DNA of 20,000 nucleotides from an uncultured virus (IMG/VR IMGVR_UViG_2700989568_000007) (IMGVR_UViG_2700989568_000007); one strand, 5' to 3'. Positions 1 through 9,475 are shown, numbered from the stretch's first letter. Notes: a model not told the origin generated them from the sequence alone. Translations and numbers: made by a program.

Positions 1-2843
1 GTGCGCCAACCGGTGGCGACGGCACCGCCCACATTTCGACCTCAGTCGAGTTCGTGAACGGCGTAATGATGGGGCTTGGAGCAGCTGGTGGCGTGATGAT
101 GAAAGCAGATGCAAACGCATCGGCGATTACCACACTCCAGAACACAGTAACGCAGCAAGGTAAAGATATTACCTCGTCCAGTAGCGCAATCACGAGTCTC
201 CAGAATGGACTGGTAGCAGCGAACAGCAACATCGACAAGAAAGCTGACGCAACGGCGCTTCAGTCACTCCAGAACACGGTAACACAGCAAGGTAAGGATA
301 TTTCCACGCAGAGCGGTAATGTCACCAACCTGCAGAACAGCCTGAGTGCCACGAATACCGGACTTGCCAATCTGGTTGCGGACAGCGACGCGTCGAAAAA
401 AATCATTGGAAACCTTCTGACCAACTCATCGTTTGAGCGAGGTCTGGAAGGTTTCAGCGGCGGCGCGTCATTTATAAAGGTTATTGATGCTCAGTCGCCA
501 AATTCGGGAAGTAAGATCCTGTCATGTGGGGCCGGTACGGGGACAGTCTCCCAAAGCATCGCAGTGACGAAAGATCGCACCTACAAAATCGGCGTGTTTG
601 CTCGCTGTCAGTCTGGCTCCGTTGTCGACAATCAGAGCAATAACAAACTGCGTATCGGCAACTCTGTCTTACTCGCTGACTTTCAGTTTAAGCCTGCTGA
701 TTTGCCGACTGATTCCACATGGAAGGAGATTGCTGGAAAATGGAAGGCTACGGTTACAGGCAAAGTTGATGTTTCCATCAACTCATCCCTGTCATCGGGA
801 ACTCAGTATTTCGATGATTTTTACTTCATCGATATCACTGACATAGTGAACATCGACGCGGCGAGCAATGCGGTTGCTAGTCTGACTTCGCGAGTTACCA
901 GTGCGGAAGGTACTGTTTCCAGTCACACCGGGAGTATCACGAATCTGAGCAATAGCCTTAATTCGTTGAATAACACGGTTTCTGGTAAGGCTGATGCTTC
1001 GGCACTTCAGTCACTGCAGAACACGGTTACGCAGCAAGGCAAAGACTTGTCTTCTGCGAGTGGCAGTGTCACTGAACTGAAGAGTAGCCTGAATACGCTG
1101 AAGGTCCAGAGTAACCCGTGGATCGACGGTACTTTCGAAACCTATGACAACAATCAGCAGTTAGGCGGCAGCACTGCGGTTGTTACGACGGACTTTAGCT
1201 ACTCCGGCAGCAAATGTCTGAAGGTTACTCGCCCGGCCAATACCAGCGGGAATGCCGACAAAAGCATCGGCTCTTATTCTGTGGTACGCCAGAGCGCGAA
1301 ATATCGCGTTGAGTTTTGGGCTATGATGCCAGCAAGTGAAGCCCCGCCGTCTGGCTGGTCTGTGGTCGTTGGTCTGCACTCCATCAACAAAGATGGCGGG
1401 AATGACTGGCAGGGCATTACGTTCAACGAGGCTGGTCTTGGCGGTCGCGACCAGTGGGTTAAGTTTACTGGTGTAGTGAAAGTGAGTCCGAGCGTTACCC
1501 GTAGCCATGTATGGATTTCTACTCGTGGTCAGAGTGGCTCCAACACACCTGGATACGCGGTGTACATTGATGATTTCGTCATTACCGATATCACTGATGC
1601 TGCGGATGCACAGGCTACGGCGGATGCAAACGCAACAGCAATCTCATCGTTGCAGACGAAGGTCAGCGATATCGATGGGAAAGTGACTGCCCAAACGTCG
1701 CAACTGTCTTCCATGCAGTCGAAGGTAGACGCGTCTTCTTCGAAAGTGGATCAGCTGTCTAAGACCATTTCGGACAGTCAGAGCACTCAGGCATCGTTGA
1801 ATACCAGCTTGCAGTCGCAAATTGACGCGCAGGCATCGGCAAACATCAAAAACCAGACGGAGTTGAATAACGCCACCACCTCGCTGGCGGCAATTAAGTC
1901 AACTCAGCAGACCCAGGCCACAACGATAAGCGCACTGTCTCAGCAGCAGACGAATTTGACAGCTCAGGTAGGAGGCCAGTCAGCCGAGCTTCAGGAGCTG
2001 AAGAAAACGGTTGTCGAAAACGGCAACGTTAACAGTACCTGGATGGTCAAAATGGAAACCAACAGCAATGGTAAAAAATATGCTGCTGGTATTGCTTTAG
2101 GTATCGATGGCAAAAATTTGCAGAGCCAGTTTCTGGTTCAGGCTGATCGCTTCGGCTTAATCAACACCTCTAACGGGAATACGACTACACCTTTCGTTAT
2201 CGAAAATGGCGTTGCCTACATGAATGCCGCTGTGATTAAGGATGGCTCCATCACCAATGCAAAAATTGGCGGTGAAATCCGATCTGACAATTTCGTTAAC
2301 GGTTCAAATGGCTGGAGAATTGGAAAAGACGGTAGTTCACAGTTCAACAACGTAGTTATTCGTGGTGAAGTTCACGCAAATACTGGTGTGCTTAATAACG
2401 TGACTATTAACGAGAACTGCACTGTGCTTGGCACTGTTCAGGCCAATAAAATTGTTGGTGACGTTGTGACAATGACCGACCGTGTTGTTAAAAACTGGCC
2501 AGCTTCCGGGAATACCTCATCCGGCACGCGCTACCTGATTGCAACGATTGACGGTATGCCCTTTGAACGGCGTATGGTGTTCAATGGTTCCGTTGTGATT
2601 GTTCAGTCATGGCGTCAAAACGTAACAATCCGCGTTGATGAAACGACCGTTTGGACTTTTGACTCTGGAAACGATGGTAAGGACTTTGAAACATCAATCT
2701 TCTCAATCCGTATCCCGGCGTCAAACTTCGGTCAACGTCACCAGATTACCATTCAGTGGCCGAACCGTGGCGATAGCGGTCAGTTCCGGTTTACAGGGGT
2801 TGTCTCGATGTACAGAACTACTGGCTCCATCTCTCTGGCTTAA
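1..2843 (+). CDS. Phage host-specificity / central tail fibre protein (J-like, DUF1983-type C-terminal region), 5'-truncated by the window edge
   Basis: The frame is open from nt 3 (APTGGDGTAHISTSVEFV...), so the true start lies upstream. It has Ser/Thr/Gln-rich coiled-coil repeats, two carbohydrate-binding-like domains (NLLTNSSFE..YFDDF; NPWIDGTFE..VYIDDF), and the KYAAGIALG...QSQFLVQADRF...PFVIENG...IKDGSITNAKIG segment typical of lambdoid J/DUF1983 proteins. Confidence 0.85.
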   Translation, partial: APTGGDGTAHISTSVEFVNGVMMGLGAAGGVMMKADANASAITTLQNTVTQQGKDITSSSSAITSLQNGLVAANSNIDKKADATALQSLQNTVTQQGKDISTQSGNVTNLQNSLSATNTGLANLVADSDASKKIIGNLLTNSSFERGLEGFSGGASFIKVIDAQSPNSGSKILSCGAGTGTVSQSIAVTKDRTYKIGVFARCQSGSVVDNQSNNKLRIGNSVLLADFQFKPADLPTDSTWKEIAGKWKATVTGKVDVSINSSLSSGTQYFDDFYFIDITDIVNIDAASNAVASLTSRVTSAEGTVSSHTGSITNLSNSLNSLNNTVSGKADASALQSLQNTVTQQGKDLSSASGSVTELKSSLNTLKVQSNPWIDGTFETYDNNQQLGGSTAVVTTDFSYSGSKCLKVTRPANTSGNADKSIGSYSVVRQSAKYRVEFWAMMPASEAPPSGWSVVVGLHSINKDGGNDWQGITFNEAGLGGRDQWVKFTGVVKVSPSVTRSHVWISTRGQSGSNTPGYAVYIDDFVITDITDAADAQATADANATAISSLQTKVSDIDGKVTAQTSQLSSMQSKVDASSSKVDQLSKTISDSQSTQASLNTSLQSQIDAQASANIKNQTELNNATTSLAAIKSTQQTQATTISALSQQQTNLTAQVGGQSAELQELKKTVVENGNVNSTWMVKMETNSNGKKYAAGIALGIDGKNLQSQFLVQADRFGLINTSNGNTTTPFVIENGVAYMNAAVIKDGSITNAKIGGEIRSDNFVNGSNGWRIGKDGSSQFNNVVIRGEVHANTGVLNNVTINENCTVLGTVQANKIVGDVVTMTDRVVKNWPASGNTSSGTRYLIATIDGMPFERRMVFNGSVVIVQSWRQNVTIRVDETTVWTFDSGNDGKDFETSIFSIRIPASNFGQRHQITIQWPNRGDSGQFRFTGVVSMYRTTGSISLA

Positions 2844-2850
2844 GTTTCAG

Positions 2851-2869
2851 GCGGCTCTTTGAGAGCCGC
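2851..2869 (+). other. Intergenic hairpin between the tail genes
   Basis: GCGGCTCT-ttg-AGAGCCGC with no U-tract, so more likely a stability or processing hairpin than a terminator. Confidence 0.45.
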
Positions 2870-2895
2870 TCATTAAAATTACAAGGAATGTAATT

Positions 2896-4422
2896 ATGGC
2901 AATGTATGAAGTTGGCACCGTAACGGGTGCAGCAAACCAGGCAAAGGTTACTGGTATTTCAACAAAGTGGTCGGAGCCCGCACTTGGTATTCAAGAGGGT
3001 TCAATTTTAGTCATTTATCGCAATGGAAGTGCTGATCTGTATGCCATCAAATCAGTAAATAATGACACTCAACTGACTTTGACGAGAAACATCACAACAG
3101 CTTTTTCTGGTGCGAAATATGGAATTATCACGTCAGAAACTGCCAGCACATCGTCTTTTGCGAACCAACTAGCCAGTGCATTTACTCTTTGGCGTAACGT
3201 TGTCCAAGGATGGTCTACAGCCCTGACCGGAAGCGGCGACATTACGATGACAGACCCTATTACAGGTACGCAGGTGACCGTACCGGCGATTGCCGGGATG
3301 GCGAAGGCTTCGGATCTGGATGCGCTGGCTAAACTTTCAGGGGGAAACAACCTCGCCGGCTCGCAAATTATAACCAGCGATAATTCCGGTTTTATTTTGG
3401 GCAGGAATTCAGATCTGGCTCTGCTCAAAAAACAGGGGCAAGGCGGGACAATTGCCGTTGGCTCGGGAACACCGTTCAGGGTTCAACGTTCAAGAGCGAC
3501 CACTGTATCACCGTCAGACACCTATGATGACATCCTCGTTATTGGCACCAACAACCAGACGACGTTGCCCGGAGATTTGGTTGTCGGTGGTGGTTTCGAT
3601 AATACGGCAAAGGGCAAGCTGTATTCCCAGGCGTTAGAGCTGTCGATGGGCACTCCGTACATCGATTTTCATCATAACAATAGTACCAACGACTACACTG
3701 CTCGTCTCATAACCACAGCCGCTGATCAACTGAGTGTGCAGGGGAGCCACCTACGGGTAGACAGAGACCTGCGGGTGGGGCAAGCGGCCGACATCGGCAG
3801 CTGGATACAGTGTCGCTATGACTGTGTGTCCCAGCAGACCGACTTCGGTTCCCCTGCCATTGGCGCGTTAGTTTCCGGTGGCAGAGTCCGGTCCCGCATG
3901 ACAGGGCGTGGAGGAAACGGCGACACGTCTGGAGCGTGGGGTGGTTTCTACCTTGAAGAATACGTTGGGTACAACCACCGAGTGGTACTGTATATGGACG
4001 GCTTCGACAGAAAAGATGCCTGGCTCTTTTACACCGGTGGGACAATCTCCACACCTAAAGGCGATGTTATGACCACTGGCTCAGACGTGCGGCTGAAAAA
4101 AGATTTTACGGATTCTCAGAAAGGGGCATCCAAGCGTATTAACGCGCTGGGGGTATGTGAGTTCAACATGAAAGGCGAAACACGCCGTAGGCGTGGATTT
4201 ATTGCTCAACAAGCCGAAAAAGTGGACCCGATTTACACTTTCCAAAGCGGTGATGTAGAAATTGATGGCGAGAAGATCAATATCCTTAACGTAGATCAGA
4301 CAGCAATTGTCGCAGACCTGGTAACTACCGTTCAGGAGCAATACGAATGTATCGAAAAACTAAAAGGTGAGATCCAAAATCTAAAGGTTTTAGTGATGAA
4401 CACATCAGCAAAAGCGACTTAA
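2896..4422 (+). CDS. Tail fibre protein with C-terminal intramolecular chaperone (peptidase S74) domain
   Basis: The N-terminus MAMYEVGTVTG..KVTG..T.W is typical of tail fibres. It has a PYIDFH..DYTARL fibre motif and an SDVRLKKD autocleavage motif followed by GFIAQQ and a terminal coiled coil. RBS AAGGA. Confidence 0.88.
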   Translation: MAMYEVGTVTGAANQAKVTGISTKWSEPALGIQEGSILVIYRNGSADLYAIKSVNNDTQLTLTRNITTAFSGAKYGIITSETASTSSFANQLASAFTLWRNVVQGWSTALTGSGDITMTDPITGTQVTVPAIAGMAKASDLDALAKLSGGNNLAGSQIITSDNSGFILGRNSDLALLKKQGQGGTIAVGSGTPFRVQRSRATTVSPSDTYDDILVIGTNNQTTLPGDLVVGGGFDNTAKGKLYSQALELSMGTPYIDFHHNNSTNDYTARLITTAADQLSVQGSHLRVDRDLRVGQAADIGSWIQCRYDCVSQQTDFGSPAIGALVSGGRVRSRMTGRGGNGDTSGAWGGFYLEEYVGYNHRVVLYMDGFDRKDAWLFYTGGTISTPKGDVMTTGSDVRLKKDFTDSQKGASKRINALGVCEFNMKGETRRRRGFIAQQAEKVDPIYTFQSGDVEIDGEKINILNVDQTAIVADLVTTVQEQYECIEKLKGEIQNLKVLVMNTSAKAT

Positions 4423-4441
4423 AAGGAATAATTATTGTATG

Positions 4442-4455
4442 TAAGTACTTACCTA
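4442..4455. promoter_or_regulatory. Palindromic operator-like site upstream of the lysis cassette
   Basis: TAAGTACTTACCTA; near-identical sites at 9565, 13050, 15143 and 16373. Confidence 0.55.
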
Positions 4456-4518
4456 CAATTAGTTTCTAATTTATGATATAAATCTGCCATCCGATTTGAC
4501 TTATTCATGGAGGAAGAC

Positions 4519-4842
4519 ATGTCAAACGAGATGGCAGGCGTGACGCCAGAGCAGGTGGAGCGCATTGCCGCAATTGTTGCGCGAGAAGTCGTAGGAAAAT
4601 TAAGTAAGGAGCTTCGCGATGATATTGGCCAGGAGGTCAACGATCAGCTGCGAACCTACTTTGGTGATATGACTCCGGCGCAACATAGCATTCAGCATTC
4701 CAACCTGGACAAACTTCTTAATCGGCTCGACACGATTTCAAGCGGGTTCTTTGGAGGCATTATTTCCAAGATTACCTCGTTCCTGATCACCGTGCTGCTT
4801 TTGGGTTTGGCCGCTTATGGCGTGAAAAATGGACTGCAATAA
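4519..4842 (+). CDS. Putative holin-like membrane protein
   Basis: GGAGG RBS before the ATG at 4519 (alternative start 4507), a C-terminal hydrophobic helix FLITVLLLGLAAYGV, and first position in the lysis cassette. Confidence 0.5.
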   Translation: MSNEMAGVTPEQVERIAAIVAREVVGKLSKELRDDIGQEVNDQLRTYFGDMTPAQHSIQHSNLDKLLNRLDTISSGFFGGIISKITSFLITVLLLGLAAYGVKNGLQ

Positions 4843-4855
4843 CAGGAGAACAAGG

Positions 4856-5548
4856 ATGAGTACTCCAAGAGGCATTCGTAACAATAACCCTGGTAACCTG
4901 GATAAGGGGTCGCCGTGGCAAGGGCTAGTAAACAATCCGGCGGAACCGCGGTTCTGCACTTTTAAAGACCCCGTATGGGGGATTCGAGCACTGACAGTAA
5001 CGCTCATCACCTACCATGATAAGCGCCGCGCAAAAGACGGTTCCAGCATCGATACGATCCGCGAAGTCATCGAGCGTTGGGCGCCGCCACATGAAAACAA
5101 CACGGCCGCCTATATCAATGAGGTCTCTAAAGCCGTAGGCGTGACGCCGGACATGATCATCGATCTGCATGACTACAATACTATGCGGCCGCTGGTGGAG
5201 GCGATTATTCGTCATGAGAACGGTCGTGGCCCGTTGAAAACACTCAATAGCTGGTATTCGGCCGAAGTTATTGACGAAGGTATGCGTCGCGCCGGCGTCG
5301 TTAAACCGGTGACTGCAGTGAAAGCCGTACCTGTCACGAAAGAAACTGCAGGCGCAACGGTGACTGCAGGTATCGGTATTGCGCAGCTGGCGGACGTAAT
5401 GCCGCAGATCTCCGTTGCGATGGATAAGGCCCAGGGACATATCACCAGCGGGGACACCGTTCGCATTATTTTCGGTATTGCGACCATTGTTGTCGCCGGC
5501 TTTATTGCCTGGGCGCAGATTCGTAAGCATCAGGCAGGAGTGGTGTAA
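4856..5548 (+). CDS. Putative endolysin / lysozyme-like protein with C-terminal membrane segments
   Basis: RGIRNNNPGNL motif, ERWAPPHENNT and AIIRHENG match a phage lysozyme-like family. C-terminal TM helix IIFGIATIVVAGFIAW. AGGAG RBS upstream of ATG 4856. Confidence 0.75.
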   Translation: MSTPRGIRNNNPGNLDKGSPWQGLVNNPAEPRFCTFKDPVWGIRALTVTLITYHDKRRAKDGSSIDTIREVIERWAPPHENNTAAYINEVSKAVGVTPDMIIDLHDYNTMRPLVEAIIRHENGRGPLKTLNSWYSAEVIDEGMRRAGVVKPVTAVKAVPVTKETAGATVTAGIGIAQLADVMPQISVAMDKAQGHITSGDTVRIIFGIATIVVAGFIAWAQIRKHQAGVV

Positions 5549-5550
5549 CC

Positions 5551-5802
5551 ATGAACGGCAGCCTGTTTTCAAAGGTCAAATCGACCATCATGACTTTGGC
5601 TGCCGTCTTCTTTGTGCTCGTTGGGGCGTACACCTGGGGTGGACGCGCTGCCCGGCGGGCCATGGAGGAAAAGGCGCAGAGAGAAACCAACAAACGGCTT
5701 CAAGGCACAGTGGATGTGAAAAATGAGACGATTAATGAAGTCAGGACTAAGGATGCTTCTGCCGTTCATCGCGAGCTTCGCGATAAGTGGATGCGTGATT
5801 AA
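5551..5802 (+). CDS. Putative inner-membrane spanin (Rz-like)
   Basis: N-terminal TM helix followed by a charged helical region; lies after the endolysin and overlaps a lipoprotein gene. Confidence 0.65.
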   Translation: MNGSLFSKVKSTIMTLAAVFFVLVGAYTWGGRAARRAMEEKAQRETNKRLQGTVDVKNETINEVRTKDASAVHRELRDKWMRD

Positions 5803-5944
5803 ACCTCAGACCGTTGGCGTACAATTCTGTGATGGGGCAAACCCTATCTACATCAGCAAGGACGACGCCCTGACAGAAGAAACTGAGAGGGAAATCCTGA
5901 TCCACAACACGCTGGGTGAAAGAATTTGTGATTGGGGGCGGTAG
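5735..5944 (+). CDS. Putative outer-membrane spanin lipoprotein (Rz1-like)
   Basis: MKSGLRMLLPFIASFAISGC reads as signal peptide II with a lipobox. It overlaps the 3' end of the i-spanin in another frame and has extra Cys residues. Confidence 0.7.
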   Translation: MKSGLRMLLPFIASFAISGCVIKPQTVGVQFCDGANPIYISKDDALTEETEREILIHNTLGERICDWGR

Positions 5945-5962
5945 CATTTTATGCCCCGCCTC

Positions 5963-6010
5963 AGAGGATACGCTGCGTTACACTACCTAAACTATGGCGT
6001 ATCCTCTTTT
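5963..6010 (+). terminator. Probable terminator-like hairpin after the lysis cassette
   Basis: AGAGGATACGC (5963-5973) / GCGTATCCTCT (5997-6007) followed by a short T run; the loop is unusually long. Confidence 0.4.
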
Positions 6011-6218
6011 CTTCACATCTGTCGTCAGAGCTTGATATTCACGGCATCTAACTGTGCTTCATTCAACCTCATGTTGAATGATCCTGCTTAATGATGTAGA
6101 TTTGATATGACTACAGTCATAACGTGTAGTCACATTCAAGCTACGCATACTCGTAGCCTCTAAACCCCACAGGGGGTCGCCGCAACGACAGCATTGTCTC
6201 AACGGCTAAGGTGGAAAC

Positions 6219-6617
6219 ATGCATAACGCACTTAACTCATCACGTTCTATTCAAACGATTAGAGACTGTACCAACATGATCGCATCGGTTCCTTTGCGTC
6301 ATTGGGATGACTCGCTCCAAATCCGAGAAATGGGCACACCAGGTGAACTTAAGGATCAGCGTTTCATCATTACACTGAAGAGTGACGTGGAAGCAGGTAG
6401 CTTTACTATCAAATTATTTGCTGAGTTGATGGTTCTGAACAACCGTTTGCGCTTCCTCGTGAAGCCCGAAAAACAGTTTCCAGAAGTCGTTTACTGCGAA
6501 AGGCAAATTTTTTCGGATATCGAGAGTGAAATTGCTACTTTTGTTAAGGACAAGTACAGTGTAGATGTTAGTCTTGTCCGTACAGATAAATCAATGGACA
6601 TGCGGCTTGCAAACTAG
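6219..6617 (+). CDS. Hypothetical protein, first gene of a two-gene accessory module
   Basis: 132-aa ORF with an AAGGTGG RBS; its stop abuts the next start (TAG ATG). Confidence 0.6.
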   Translation: MHNALNSSRSIQTIRDCTNMIASVPLRHWDDSLQIREMGTPGELKDQRFIITLKSDVEAGSFTIKLFAELMVLNNRLRFLVKPEKQFPEVVYCERQIFSDIESEIATFVKDKYSVDVSLVRTDKSMDMRLAN

Positions 6618-7400
6618 ATGGCACCTTCACTAATCGCGGATTACAAAAAGGTACTCTCAGATTTCCCAGATCATGATAAACGCGAAAAAATCCGAGTCGG
6701 CTATACGGTTGGCTCGGATTTTTCTGTTTTGCGCCTTACTGAGTGGGCGTTGACGGGGTCAAGTTACCCATATTGCCTCACTGTATCTGTGGTAGGGGCG
6801 CCAGATAATGAGTGGTTGCAAGAAATTGCGATAGAAATGGATGCCTCTGATAATGATGAAGAGGAAATCATTGGCTACATACGTGCTTTAGTCGGTGCTG
6901 AACCTGAAGATGATGATGGCATCCAGATCGCTAGATTTGTATACAGAGATTTTCTGTTTCGGTCACAACAAGGTCACCACAGCGGAGTGCAGATTAAAGG
7001 TGCTTTTGTTGATCCTTCCAAGGAAAAGAAAGGCCTTGCCCGCTTAGTATATGGCTTCCTCCTTAACTGGCACGAGCATATCATCAGCGATGACCATCAG
7101 ACGGTTTATGGGGCTAAGATATGGGCCGTTGGGATGTTAAAAGTAGGTAGAGTGCAAGTCTACGATAACATAAAAAGTGATTTTGTAGATGTGCTTACTG
7201 AAGGCGGTATCGGTATAAATGGATTCAAGCCTTGGGATGCTATGATGCTCAAAGAAGCACAGCTAAAGCACTGGAACCCTATGGCGATTAGTATAGACCC
7301 ATCATCGCAGATTCTAGCCATCATTTCAGCGTCTGACAGGCATCAGTATAATGGTGTTACTGTGTTTTTAACAGAGTCGTTAGACGAAGGCTCAGAGTAA
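6618..7400 (+). CDS. Hypothetical protein with a GNAT-like acetyltransferase motif
   Basis: IKGAFVDPSKEKKGLARLVYGFLL resembles GNAT motif A (V.P..(R/Q)xxGxA); the later SD..QT..GAKIW segment fits motif B. Confidence 0.55.
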   Translation: MAPSLIADYKKVLSDFPDHDKREKIRVGYTVGSDFSVLRLTEWALTGSSYPYCLTVSVVGAPDNEWLQEIAIEMDASDNDEEEIIGYIRALVGAEPEDDDGIQIARFVYRDFLFRSQQGHHSGVQIKGAFVDPSKEKKGLARLVYGFLLNWHEHIISDDHQTVYGAKIWAVGMLKVGRVQVYDNIKSDFVDVLTEGGIGINGFKPWDAMMLKEAQLKHWNPMAISIDPSSQILAIISASDRHQYNGVTVFLTESLDEGSE

Positions 7401-7406
7401 CGAGAT

Positions 7407-7429
7407 AAACCCGCTGCGGCGGGTTTTTT
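7407..7429 (+). terminator. Rho-independent terminator
   Basis: AAACCCGC-tgcg-GCGGGTTTTTT immediately after the stop codon. Confidence 0.85.
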
Positions 7430-7564
7430 GTTGCCATCCTTTAATTAACTCCAAAGTACCTACCATTTCACCTTTACACCGCAGCCGTAGGCATTTAGGC
7501 TATATCGCATATAAGAAAACAAGTTGTTTCATACGACGATAAATCACACGTAGGGATATCACGA

Positions 7565-8230
7565 ATGACTCAGATCATTGTGGTGGGCGGCACCAAGGGT
7601 GGCCCAGGCAAATCGACTGTTGCTCAGCAAATTGCAGCCTGTCTGAAAATCAAAAAGAAAAAGAAAGTCCAGATCACTGATATCGACATCCAGCGCACCA
7701 CGACAGGGTGGTGTGAAGACCGCCGGCACAATGAAGAACTGGAGCTGATCCCGTTCGCCTATGTCCAGGATGACATTATTAAACACATCACTTCGCTTCG
7801 CGGCCGTTACGATTACGTCGTAGTCGACGCTGGTGGTTTCGACTCCGAAATTCAGCGCCAGGCTATGCTGATGGCCAACGTGATCCTTATCCCGCTTCGC
7901 CCGAAACGCCGCGATCTGAAATCCTTACGTGACATCGACCCCATCGTCGACAGCGTTAGCAGCGTGAATGACCAAATCAAAATCCGTGCTGTAATGAACC
8001 AGTGCCCGTCTCTGCCCTCCCAGGCTGCGCGCATTATCGCTGCAAAAGAAATTGTCGAAACCTTTGGCATCGAGGCGGTGCCGGTGAACCTTTACAACCG
8101 CAACGTCTATGACGATGCCGAAGAGGCGGGTCGTTCCATCTTTGAGATGACCGGAGCCGAACGCGACAAAAAGGCTGAGGCCGAGATTGAAGCATTAGTA
8201 GAATACGTAATGACCTTGGAGGGTGAATAA
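7565..8230 (+). CDS. parA: ParA-family partition ATPase (short type Ib-like)
   Basis: Deviant Walker A KGGPGKST, DIDIQ motif, Walker B YDYVVVDAGG; no N-terminal HTH. Confidence 0.92.
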   Translation: MTQIIVVGGTKGGPGKSTVAQQIAACLKIKKKKKVQITDIDIQRTTTGWCEDRRHNEELELIPFAYVQDDIIKHITSLRGRYDYVVVDAGGFDSEIQRQAMLMANVILIPLRPKRRDLKSLRDIDPIVDSVSSVNDQIKIRAVMNQCPSLPSQAARIIAAKEIVETFGIEAVPVNLYNRNVYDDAEEAGRSIFEMTGAERDKKAEAEIEALVEYVMTLEGE

Positions 8231-8592
8231 TGTCCATGAAAATGGGTGATCTGGCAAAACGTCCGGCTGCAGAAGCTGCCGCGCCTAAAAGCAGCACACC
8301 GATGCGCCAGCCTGTCCGTCCACAAGGCCGTCCAACACGTGGCAAAGAGAAAATCAAAAGCCGCACGATGTCTCTTGAAGACGAGTATTTCGAATTACTG
8401 GAGATGATGAAGTTCATCCCTCGCTTCGAGAAGTTCACCCGTTCTGATGTGATACGTGCAGCCATTTTCCATCTGGCAGAGAAGTCCCCGCAGGAAATAG
8501 AGGACATCGTAAAGATGAACGAGGCGATCACCGCAGCCGATGTGACGATGCGTACCGATGAAATCAAGCGTGAGCTGATGAAGAAAGGTTAA
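8230..8592 (+). CDS. Putative centromere-binding partition protein (ribbon-helix-helix-like)
   Basis: Coupled to parA (TAATG overlap). Flexible basic N-terminus, then SRTMSL...TRSDVIRAAI, an RHH-like pattern. Confidence 0.65.
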   Translation: MSMKMGDLAKRPAAEAAAPKSSTPMRQPVRPQGRPTRGKEKIKSRTMSLEDEYFELLEMMKFIPRFEKFTRSDVIRAAIFHLAEKSPQEIEDIVKMNEAITAADVTMRTDEIKRELMKKG

Positions 8593-8631
8593 ATAAGAGG
8601 CGTCGAAAGATGCCTTTAACTCAAAAGGACT

Positions 8632-9396
8632 TTGTTTGTGCTGTACAAATACGTAGGGCATGAAGACCCAAACGAATTAATCAAAATTCTTAAATTCTTC
8701 ATCGAAGATGGAACCATCCGAGCCACCCGGCCACACGACTTCAATGATCCTGCCGAGTTCAAAGCCAAATTTAGTTTTGACGCCACGATCCAAGAGAAGC
8801 TTGTCCGATATCATGAGATGTGGCCTGGCAAAAGCGACGATGACGGTGAGAACTGGTTAAGAGGGCGAACCAAAAACGCCGAAGAGTTTGACGCCTATAT
8901 GCTGCGCGGAAATCTGCTTTTGGATACTGGTGTGATATGCCTCACCAGAACTGACACTAATTACCTGATGTGGTCGCATTACGCCAGCTCCCACTCTGGA
9001 TTTTGCATAGGGTTTGATGACGCTATTGTGGAAGCGCTGGATGACCGACACACAGCGTTAAACGGTGACGTGGAGTACGTGAAATCGCCGCCTGAAGTGA
9101 ACTTCTATACCGCTGATGTGTACGACATTGTCAGAGCCATCTTTCTGCACAAGGGTGAGAGCTGGAAGTACGAAGAAGAGTTCCGGATTATCTCTGAGCT
9201 GCCAGGGCTTAAGAAGTTGGACACCTCGCTCATCAAAGAGATTTCTATCGGATGCAAACCCTATCCAGAGCTGGAAAGTTTTGCCCGTGAACTGCTGGAC
9301 AGCAATCTGGCCGTGTACAAAATGCTTTGCCCTACCGACTCGTACCAACTGAAGCGTGTGGAGCTGGACAAGAACCTTTCTTTTCAAGGTTACTAG
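8632..9396 (+). CDS. DUF2971-like domain protein
   Basis: LYKY, FNDPAE, LMWSHYASSHSGFCIGFD and KGESWKYEEEFR motifs are characteristic of DUF2971 proteins. TTG start with an AAAGGA RBS. Confidence 0.8.
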   Translation: MFVLYKYVGHEDPNELIKILKFFIEDGTIRATRPHDFNDPAEFKAKFSFDATIQEKLVRYHEMWPGKSDDDGENWLRGRTKNAEEFDAYMLRGNLLLDTGVICLTRTDTNYLMWSHYASSHSGFCIGFDDAIVEALDDRHTALNGDVEYVKSPPEVNFYTADVYDIVRAIFLHKGESWKYEEEFRIISELPGLKKLDTSLIKEISIGCKPYPELESFARELLDSNLAVYKMLCPTDSYQLKRVELDKNLSFQGY

Positions 9397-9417
9397 TTCT
9401 GGCAGCTTCAATTAAGA

Positions 9418-9475
9418 ACCTGCTTCTGTATATATAAATACTAAGTTACTTATTATTATTTATACGGAAGCAGGT
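9418..9475. repeat. 15-bp inverted repeat enclosing an AT-rich palindromic core
   Basis: ACCTGCTTCTGTATA (9418-9432) / TATACGGAAGCAGGT (9461-9475), with TAAGTTACTTA in the middle. Confidence 0.7.

Noticed and set aside
7430..7564. parS centromere upstream of parA
   Set aside because: No clear iterated repeats visible.
9426..9441. Possible LexA box CTGTATATATAAATAC
   Set aside because: Lacks the CAG right half-site.
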